From Sandaracinaceae bacterium (GTDB lineage Bacteria > Myxococcota_A > Polyangia > Polyangiales > Sandaracinaceae), in assembly GCA_044220955.1 (NCBI GenBank), contig JBGAQA010000130.1, forward strand, positions 1 to 16,104: 16,104 bases of DNA. Direction: 5' to 3'. Shown here piece by piece: positions 1 through 7,600 of this stretch (the stretch's first letter is position 1; each line of letters starts with the position of its first letter). A model generated the notes under the pieces. The model did no database searches. It saw nothing but the letters and a program-made list of their open reading frames with translations, and was not told the DNA's origin. The position numbers and the translations under genes were made by a program.

Positions 1-16
1 TGCGCTTCTTCGTCAT
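1..16 (-). CDS. Probable start of a gene running off the left edge (MTKKR...)
   Basis: Minus-strand ATG at 16-14 with a GGGAG Shine-Dalgarno-like motif just upstream. Only 5 codons are visible. Confidence 0.35.
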
Positions 17-104
17 CGCGGACTCCCTGCCGGTAGGTTACCCGGCCATCAGGAAGTCGCGTTCCAGCTAGATTTGGGGCCAGACATGCCCTCGCCGTCC
101 CAGG

Positions 105-395
105 ATGCAGATCTACGACCACGACGCGCAACCGCTCGCCGATCTCGTGAAGGCGGCCGCCTCCGAGCAGGGTGCGGCCCTCCTCGTTCCTGACCTTCAG
201 CGGCCGTACGTCTGGACGCCGAGCCAGGTCACCCTCCTCGTGGACTCGATGCTGCGCGGCTGGCCGTTCGGCACGCTGCTCCTCTGGGATGTGCGACGTG
301 ATGACCTCGCGTCGTCCCGTCCCACCCGTTCTGGAAGGTCGTGGACCGGACCGGCAACGACGACCACGACGCCGAGCGGGTCAGCAACCAGGCCT
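105..395 (+). pseudogene. Truncated, frameshifted DUF262 (GmrSD/ParB-like N-terminal domain) gene
   Basis: VPDLQRPYVW...LLVDSMLRGWPFGTLLLW matches the DUF262 (I/V)P.(F/Y)QR.YVW...L.DS...G.P.G...LW pattern. Protein-like sequence continues only after a frame change near 314 (VPSHPFWKVVDRT...). The DGQQR motif never appears. Confidence 0.75.
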
Positions 396-481
396 ATGGG
401 ACACCGCGCGACGCCGCCGGTACTCACCTCGGAAACACCGCGCTTCGGGGGGCGGCACCTGGGTTGCAACGAGGCGCCAGC

Positions 482-1069
482 ATGACCCTCCGGATCGCCT
501 CCATGTTCTTGCTGATCATCAGCGGCTCGCTGGTCGTCGGCTGCGCCCGCCGAGCCTCGCTCGAGACGGGCTACGCGACGCTGCGACTCCACTCCGACGA
601 CTCGTACCTCTGGGTCTCGGCCGGCGGCGAGGAGACCTTCTGCGGGCACACGTGCGAGCAGGAGCTCCCGCGGGGCCCCGTGCGAATCGGCGTCTCCGCG
701 CACCCCGACCGAGGGCCCCAGCAGCACGTGCGGATGCGCCTGACCGAGTCGAGCTCGGCTCGCGTGAGCCGCGTGGACCACAGCGGCGTCCGGGCGGGTG
801 GAGGTGTCCTGCTCGGCGTCGGCGTGCTGTCGATCGCCGGCGAGCTCGGCGTGATGATCCCCGCGCTCCAGCATGCCGAGGGATGGGACGGCGTGGGGCT
901 GATGTTCGCGACGTTGGGCTGGTCGGTCATCAGCGCCGCGCTCAGCATCGCCGGCGTCGTGCTCCTCGCGAGGGGAGACGGGGTCGAGCTCGACACGGAG
1001 CCCACCGTCGTCCCCTGGGGCGTCGCCACGGAGGACGGCGCCGTGCTCGGCCTCGCCGGGACCTTCTGA
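482..1069 (+). CDS. Putative lipoprotein / membrane protein, 195 aa
   Basis: ATG at 482 gives a signal peptide with lipobox-like LVVGC. Two hydrophobic segments follow, and the C-terminus is VLGLAGTF. Confidence 0.7.
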   Translation: MTLRIASMFLLIISGSLVVGCARRASLETGYATLRLHSDDSYLWVSAGGEETFCGHTCEQELPRGPVRIGVSAHPDRGPQQHVRMRLTESSSARVSRVDHSGVRAGGGVLLGVGVLSIAGELGVMIPALQHAEGWDGVGLMFATLGWSVISAALSIAGVVLLARGDGVELDTEPTVVPWGVATEDGAVLGLAGTF

Positions 1070-1166
1070 GCCCCGAGGCGGGTTCTCAGATCCGTTCGCC
1101 CTGCGGCGAGTGACGCTCTCGCTCCGAGCGCGCGATGTTCCGAGTCGCCTCATCCGCCCGAGGCGG

Positions 1167-1550
1167 TCACAGTGCCCAGAGTTGACTGACCCCGGGGTAG
1201 GCCCGAATCGCCGTTTCCGCGTGCACGAGAACGAGGCCCATCTCGCGCGCCTGACAGACGAGCATCCGATCGAACGGGTCGGGATGGCCCCAGTCGAGCG
1301 AGCCCGCAATCTCCGCGTGCTCGACCGATATCGGCAGAGGCCCGAAGCCGTTCGCGGTGATCAACTTCGAGGGTGAGCCGCGGAACGCCAGCTTGCCCTT
1401 CCGCCGCTTGATGGCGATCTCCCACGAAGACGCGGCGCTCACGAAGACGTCGTTCTCTGGGTCGGCGATGACGTCGCGCGCGGCCTGACCGAGACGAGGG
1501 TCGCTGCCGTCCCACCACAAGAGCACGTGCGTATCGAGCAGGACTCGCAT
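1167..1550 (-). CDS. vapC: Type II TA toxin, VapC/PIN domain
   Basis: LLDTHVLLW, VSAASSWEIAIK and HPDPFDRMLVCQA motifs. TGATG overlap with the upstream antitoxin. Confidence 0.93.
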   Translation of the reverse strand: MRVLLDTHVLLWWDGSDPRLGQAARDVIADPENDVFVSAASSWEIAIKRRKGKLAFRGSPSKLITANGFGPLPISVEHAEIAGSLDWGHPDPFDRMLVCQAREMGLVLVHAETAIRAYPGVSQLWAL

Positions 1551-1795
1551 CAGTCGCCCGTACCCTCGAACAGCGCCGCGATCTCGGGGTCGATGGCATC
1601 GAAGTCGTCGCCGATCCGCGTGATCTTCAGCGCGTTGGCGGGCTTGCGGCGGCGCTTGCGCGAACCGACCGCGACGAGCATCGCGCGGGGCACGCCGTTC
1701 TTCGCGATGACGATCCTTGCGCCATCGGCGGCCTCGTCGACGAGCTTGGAGAGCTGTGTCTTCGCCTCGTACAGGTTGACCGACTTCGTGCTCAT
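1550..1795 (-). CDS. Type II TA antitoxin, Phd/YefM family
   Basis: MSTKSVNLYEAKTQLSKLVDEAADGARIVIAKNGVPRAML is the Phd N-terminal signature. ATG at 1795 is preferred over TTG at 1831. Confidence 0.92.
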   Translation of the reverse strand: MSTKSVNLYEAKTQLSKLVDEAADGARIVIAKNGVPRAMLVAVGSRKRRRKPANALKITRIGDDFDAIDPEIAALFEGTGD

Positions 1796-2473
1796 GCGGA
1801 GATCGTGGGCTCGGTTGGTCAGCCTGGTCAAGGCGCCGACGGGGACTCGTCGTCGCAGGTCACGGGAATGAGACCCGGATGAACGTCGCAGAAACCTTCC
1901 AGCGGTGCCTGGCGGTCCTCGTCTCTGGAAGGAGCGAGCTGCCCGGAGAAAGGTTGATCACCAGCCGGAAGCAAGTCTTGCGCGAGTCCGCCCGCGAGGA
2001 CGGCCGCGAAGCGTAGACAGCGAGTGCGCGGGCTGCGCCATCGAGCCCCGAAAGGTCATTCTGTGGTGGAAGCCGACGCCGTCGCGATTGCGGAAGGCAG
2101 CACCGGAGGACCCAACGATCAGGGGTCCCGAGGATCCACCGGGGTCTGACAGAACGGAGCACGCGCACGGAGGCACCACAGGAACCTGGGAGATCTCGCC
2201 GCCTCCTCACGAGAAGCGGAACACGGGCGAGTCGCCCACGAAGCCCGAGGCCTGCGCGAGCCGCGCGTCGAGCGCGCAGGAGCCCACGCGGAACACGAAC
2301 ACGACGCGCACGAGAGGCACCGCCGAGCGAAGGAAACGAAGCTCGAAGCAGCACCGCGGCACAAGCGACGAGAAGTCGGAGACGCTCATGGTACCGACGG
2401 CGCCGGAGAACTCGCGCCACGAGGATCCGGTCAGGGACGGGGCGTCCGGTTGATGGAACCGAACGAGGGAACG

Positions 2474-2672
2474 ATGTCGGAGTCACTGAACTCCGGGAGC
2501 ATCTCCACGAGACTCGCGCGGATACGTGTGGCTCCGACTCCGAACGCTCCGCGTGAAGAGGAAGGGCCGCCACCTGCGTCCGGGTGAAGCGAATCGCTGG
2601 GACCGCGACTATTTCCACGGCCTCGGGCTCCACCGTCTGCGAGGCACCGTCCAGTATCCGGAGGCTGCGTAA
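2474..2672 (+). pseudogene. Remnant of group II intron RT/maturase ORF (N- and C-terminal stubs)
   Basis: ATG 2474 after GAGGGA gives MSESLNSGSISTRLARI, an IEP-type N-terminus. From 2523 another frame gives YVWLRLRTLRVKRKGRHLRPGEANRWDRDYFHGLGLHRLRGTVQYPEAA*, resembling the end of the maturase domain and stopping 25 nt before DV. No YADD/RT core is present. Confidence 0.82.
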
Positions 2673-2697
2673 TGCCGCGACACGAACGACCATCGGT

Positions 2698-2792
2698 AAG
2701 CCGTGTGCGGGAAATCCGCACGCACGGTTTGAAAGGGAGTCCTGCCCTTTCGTCGATGAACTTCATCAACTGAAAGGGCAGGATTTACCAAT
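2698..2792 (+). ncRNA. Group II intron catalytic domain V and branch domain VI
   Basis: Base pairing checked by hand: DV stem-loop with AC bulge. DVI pairs GG/CC, then bulged A2787, then GAG/UUU, then a 12-bp stem. Confidence 0.95.
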
Positions 2793-2881
2793 GAGCTCCT
2801 CCTGCTCTCGCGCGATATGCGCCGCAGGGTCGCGCGCGTTGAGGAAACGCAGAGCGCGGTAGAGTCGCTCCGTGAGGGTGG

Positions 2882-3514
2882 GTGTTCGCGGCGTGCTTCG
2901 TCCTGGCGTGCGCGAGCGCGTCCTCGCTGGCGCGCCACGCGAGCGTGATCCCGCGCATCGGCGATCCCAGTGCGCTCGACGCCGAGACGCGCTCACTCGT
3001 CGAAGGGTCGCTCGGCGGCGAGCCGTCGAGAGCGCGCGTTGCTCGTCGGCTCGCGCTGATCGAAGCGGCGCCGGAGGTGCTCTCGTTCGACGAGGCGCGG
3101 GCACTGCTCGAGAGCGCGCTCGCGTGGGTGGAGGTGCTGCGCCGCGGCGGCGTCCCCGACTGGGTCGAGCCGGCCCGGGTCCTGGCTGGCGTCGATCCGC
3201 TCGGTCTCGATCTGATAGGTCAGCTCCCGGGCGCGCCGCCGCAGACGGCGATGGACCGGACGGTCGCGGCGATCCGCGGGACGCGCGCGCTCGTCGAGCG
3301 GGTCGGGCGCGGCCCGGAGGCGGCGCGCGCGTGGCGGGCGGCGATGATTGCGCTGCACGGCGCGAGCGACGAGTGCGGCGAGGATGGCGAAGAAGGCGCG
3401 ATCGCGGCGGCGGTCCGCGCATGGCGCGACACGGAGGCGCGGCCAATCCGCGCGGAGGCAGACGAGGAGAACCTCTTCGACGCGGCCGACTTTGGAGTAA
3501 GGATCCCCCAATGA
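2882..3514 (+). CDS. Hypothetical alpha-helical protein (start uncertain)
   Basis: Natural amino-acid composition and GC3-rich codons. The stop overlaps the corA start (ATGA). Confidence 0.6.
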   Translation: MFAACFVLACASASSLARHASVIPRIGDPSALDAETRSLVEGSLGGEPSRARVARRLALIEAAPEVLSFDEARALLESALAWVEVLRRGGVPDWVEPARVLAGVDPLGLDLIGQLPGAPPQTAMDRTVAAIRGTRALVERVGRGPEAARAWRAAMIALHGASDECGEDGEEGAIAAAVRAWRDTEARPIRAEADEENLFDAADFGVRIPQ

Positions 3515-4485
3515 CCATCCGAATCGTCGCGCTGAGGGAAGGGCAGGACGAGCTCGAGACCACGACGGAGGCCGAGCTACCTGCACTGCTCGCGAACCCG
3601 AAGAACGTCGTGTGGGTCGACATGTGGGACCCCGGCGAGCCGGAGAAGAAGCTCCTCGCCTCGACCTTCGACATCCACCCCATCCTGATCGAGGACATGA
3701 TCGCAGACGCGCCGACCCCGAAGGTCGAGCGCTTCGAGAAGTACCTCTACGTGGTCTTCCACGCCCTCTCGCCGGGCTGCGAGAAGAAGGGCGTCATCGA
3801 CACCGTCGACTTCGACTTCTTCATCGGCGCGAACTGGCTGGTCTCGAGCCACCCACCCGACAACCACGCGGTGCAGTCCGCGCTGGAGACCGTGAGGCGC
3901 AGGCCCGCCGAGCTCCGCAAGGGCGCCGCCTACGTCGCGTACCTGATGGTCGAGGACATCACGGAGCGCTTTCTGCCGCTCATGGACCGGCTCGACTCGG
4001 ACATCGACCGGCTCGAGACCGAGATCCTCCACGGGACGGGGCCGCAGTTGCTCGAGCAGGTCTTCGCGATGAAGAAGACGCTCCAACGCCTGCGCCGCGT
4101 GGGCCTCCACCAGAAGGAGATCCTCAACCGCCTCGGTCGCGGCGACTTCGCGCTCATCCCCGAGGAGACCCGTCCCTTCTTCCGCGACGCCTACGACCAC
4201 TTCGTGCGCGTGGTCGATCTCGGCGACAGTTTCCGCGAGATCGTGAACGGCGCGATGGAGGCCTACATCTCGATCAACGGGCACAAGATGAACGAGGTGA
4301 TGAAGGTGCTCACGCTCTCGAGCACCATCATGCTGCCGCTCACGTTCATCGCGGGCCTCTACGGCATGAACTTCGACGTCATGCCCGAGCTGCACTGGCG
4401 CTACGGCTACTTCGTCGCCATCGGGACGATGCTCTTGACGGCGGTGGGGCTCGTCGCGTTCTTCCGGCGTCGGCGATGGCTCTGA
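3511..4485 (+). CDS. corA: Magnesium/cobalt transporter CorA
   Basis: GLYGMNF (GMN signature), MPELHWRYGY and two C-terminal TM helices. ATG 3511 follows a GGAG/AAGGA RBS. Confidence 0.95.
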   Translation: MTIRIVALREGQDELETTTEAELPALLANPKNVVWVDMWDPGEPEKKLLASTFDIHPILIEDMIADAPTPKVERFEKYLYVVFHALSPGCEKKGVIDTVDFDFFIGANWLVSSHPPDNHAVQSALETVRRRPAELRKGAAYVAYLMVEDITERFLPLMDRLDSDIDRLETEILHGTGPQLLEQVFAMKKTLQRLRRVGLHQKEILNRLGRGDFALIPEETRPFFRDAYDHFVRVVDLGDSFREIVNGAMEAYISINGHKMNEVMKVLTLSSTIMLPLTFIAGLYGMNFDVMPELHWRYGYFVAIGTMLLTAVGLVAFFRRRRWL

Positions 4486-4517
4486 TCCGCCGGAGCGGGC
4501 GCCGTCTCCGGCTGATC
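4484..4517. terminator. GC-rich hairpin between convergent corA and pyc
   Basis: GATC-c-GCCGGAG ... CTCCGGC-t-GATC inverted repeat right after the corA stop. There is no U-tract. Confidence 0.4.
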
Positions 4518-4619
4518 GGCGGTCTGCGCTCGTAGAGGCCGAACGCCGCGCCCTGCGCGTCGTCGCGCGGGGCGACGCGGGCGCGCGTGCGCAGCTCGTA
4601 CAGTGCGAACGGCGGCACG

Positions 4620-7600
4620 TCAGGCCGAGAGCGTCATCTCCACGAGCAGGTCGCCCGCCTTGAGCACGTCGCTCTTGGCAACCGCGATCCGCGACACCGC
4701 GCCGTCGACCGGCGAGGCGACGACGGTCTCCATCTTCATCGCCGAGAGCACGCAGAGCGGCTCGCCCTTCTTCACGGCGGCGCCGCGCTTCACGCGCACG
4801 TCGACGACCGTGCCCGGCATCGGCGCCCCGATCGAGCCGGGATCGCCGACCTTCGCGCGCTCGCGCGTCTTGACGGTCGTCTTCGCCTTCTTGTCGGCGA
4901 CCGTGATCGCGCGCGGCTGCCCGTTCAGGTCGAAGAACACGCGCCGGTTCCCCTCCTCGTCGAGCTCGCCGATCGCGCGCAGCGTGACGACGAGCGTCTT
5001 GCCGCGCTCGATGTCGAACATGAGCTCCTCGCCCTTGTTGAGGCCCACGAGGAACTCGCGCGTCGGCAGCCGCGACACGTCGCCGCGCTCGCTGCGGAAC
5101 GTGCGGTACTCGCGGAACACGTCGGGGTACATCGCCGCGCTCATCACGTCGTGATCGTGGATGGTCACGCCGGGGTGCTCGGCGATCAGGTCCGCCTTCA
5201 GCTTGCCGAGATCGAGCGGCGCGAGCTCCACGCCAGGGCGGCCGGTGATGGGCTTCTTGCCGCGCAGCACACGCGTGCGGAGCGGCTCGGGGAAGCCGCC
5301 GTGCGGCTGGCCGAGCCGGCCCTCGAAGAACTCGACCACCGACGACGGGAACGAGAGCGTGTCGGCCTTCTCGACCACGCCCTTCGCGTCGAGATCGTTC
5401 TGCACCATGAACTGCGCGAGGTCGCCCACCGTCTTGCTCGAGGGCGTCACCTTGATGATGTCGCCGAGCACGAAGTTCGCCTCGCGGTAGGCGCGCTTGA
5501 TGGCCGACCAGCGATCGCCCAGGCCGTTCTGCTGCGCTTGGAAGAGCAGGTTCGTGTACTGCCCGCCCGGCATCTCGTGCTCGTGCAGGTCGGGCGCGTA
5601 GCCGGTCATCCCCGTCTCGAAGGGCGCGTAGAGCGCGCGCGCCTCCTCCCAGTACCCGTTGAGCAGCCGGATCGCCTCGGGATCGATCGACGTGTCGCGC
5701 GGGCTGCCGCGCAGCGCGGTGACGACGGCGCTCATGGTCGGCTGCGACGTGAGGCCGGCCATCGCGGGGAGCGCGAGGTCGACCGCGTCCGCGTCGGCCT
5801 CGGCGCACGCGAGCATCGACGCGACGCCCGTGCCGGCGGTGTCGTGCGTGTGCACGTGGATGGGCAGATCGGGGAATGCCCGGCGGAGCGACGAGACGAG
5901 CATCGTGGCCGCGCGCGGCTTCAAGAGGCCCGCCATGTCCTTCACGGCGAGCACGTGGATGCCGAGCTTGCTCAGCTGCCCTGCCAGATCGACGTAGTAC
6001 TGGAGCGAGTACTTCGTGCGCGACGCGTCGCTGACGTCGCCCGTGTAGCAGATCGCCGCCTCGATCACGCCGCCGGCCTCGCCGACCGCGTCGATGCCGA
6101 GCTTCAGGTTCTCGACGTAGTTGAGCGAGTCGAAGATGCGGAAGACGTCGACGCCCCTGTCCTTGGCCATCTTCGCGAACGCCACGACGACGTTGTCGGG
6201 ATAGCTCGTGTACCCGACGGCGTTGGCGCCGCGGAAGAGCATCTGGAACGGGACGTTCGGCACGAGCGCGCGCAGGCGCTCGAGACGGTCCCAGGGGCAC
6301 TCGTGCAGGAAGCGCAGCGCGACGTCGAAGGTGGCGCCGCCCCAGCACTCGAGCGAATAGAGAGAAGGCATCAGGCGCGCCGTGTGCGGCGCGATCTTCT
6401 CGAGATCGAGCGTGCGCACGCGCGTGGCGAGCAGCGACTGGTGCGCGTCGCGCCACGTCGTGTCGGTCACGAGCAGCCCGCGGTGCTGGCGCACCGACTT
6501 CGCGAACGCGGCCGGGCCGAGGTTCACCAGGATGTCGCGGAAGCCTTGCGGCGGCGGCGCCTTCGGCTGCGTCCACTGCGGCGGGATCACCGGCGGCATC
6601 GGCGTGATCTTCGCGGGCATCGGAGTCGTGGCGCCCATGCCGGGCACCTCCGGCCCGTTCACCGCGAGCTCGGCGAGGTGGCGCAGGATGCGCTGCGCGC
6701 GGTTCTTCCGGTTGGGGAAGTCGAAGAGCTCGCGCGTCGCGTCGACCCACGCCGTGTACGTGTTCGCGGCCGCGAAGTCGGGGTGGCGCAGCACGTTCTC
6801 TAGGAACGGGATGTTCGTGCTCACGCCGCGCACGCGGAACTCGGCGAGCGAGCGGTGCAGCTTGTGGATCGCGCTGTCGAACGTGAGCGCGCGCGCCGTG
6901 ACCTTCACGAGGAGCGAGTCGTAGTCGGGCGCGATCTGCGCGCCGGCGTAGCCGCTGCCCGCGTCCAGCCGGATGCCCATGCCCTCGCCGGCGCGGAACG
7001 CCTCGATGCGGCCCGTGTCGGGCTGGAAGCTCTTGCGCGGATCTTCCGTCGTCACACGGCACTGGATCGCGACGCCGCGCACGGCGACGGCGTCCTGCGA
7101 GAGACCGAGCTCCGCGAACGTCGCGCCGCCCGCGATGCGGATCTGCGACTGCACGAGGTCGATGCCGGTCACCTCCTCGGTGACGGTGTGCTCGACCTGG
7201 ATGCGCGGGTTGACCTCGATGAAGTAGTGCTTGGCGCCGACGCGACCGCCGCGGTCGACGAGGAACTCGACCGTGCCCGCGTTGCGATAGCCGGCGGCCC
7301 GGCAGAGCTTCACGGCATCGGCGCAGAGCGCGGCGCGCACGTCGGGGTCGAGCGCCTGTGCGGGCGCCATCTCGACGACCTTCTGGTGGCGGCGCTGAAC
7401 CGAGCAGTCGCGCTCGAACAGGTGCATCACCTCACCGGCCGCGTCTGCGAGGATCTGTACCTCGATGTGGCGCGGGCGCTCGACGTAGCGCTCGAGGAAG
7501 ACGGTGCCATCGCCGAACGCCGCGAGCGCCTCGGACTTGCAGCGCTCGAAGGACTCCGCGAGCTCGCCCGCCTCGCGCACGACGCGCATGCCGCGCCCGC

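Larger units (their letters stand above)
1881..2792 (+). mobile_element. Group II intron (IIB-like) with internally deleted intron-encoded protein
   Basis: DV AAGCCGTGTGCGGGAAATCCGCACGCACGGTTT at 2698-2730 has the AGC triad and AC bulge. DVI has a perfect 12-bp stem (2740-2751/2772-2783), a bulged A at 2787 and ends ...CCAAT. Typical DI-DIII motifs are present (GAGCCCCGAAA, GCCGACGCCG..GGAAGGC, GGAACCTGGGAGA, GCGAAGGAAACGAAGC, AAGTCGGAG). Boundaries are ambiguous by up to 4 nt because ATGA occurs at both ends. Confidence 0.92.

Noticed and set aside
1863..1877. CGGG-N7-CCCG hairpin as a class C (terminator-targeting) intron target
   Set aside because: The stem is only 4 bp, and the intron has an AGC triad and IIB-like motifs rather than IIC features.
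1879..2794. ATGA at both ends read as the target-site duplication of an IS or MITE
   Set aside because: There are no terminal inverted repeats, and the interior is a group II intron, which inserts without duplication.
1860..2862. ORFs 1860-2693(-), 1905-2453(+), 2431-2769(-), 2584-2862(+) and other short ORFs
   Set aside because: They overlap the structured group II intron RNA and have no recognisable protein character.
2872..3510. N-terminal extension of CorA in the 537-aa ORF
   Set aside because: Low-complexity Arg-rich translation. The real start is ATG 3511 with an RBS, and the region is better explained by ORF 2882-3514.
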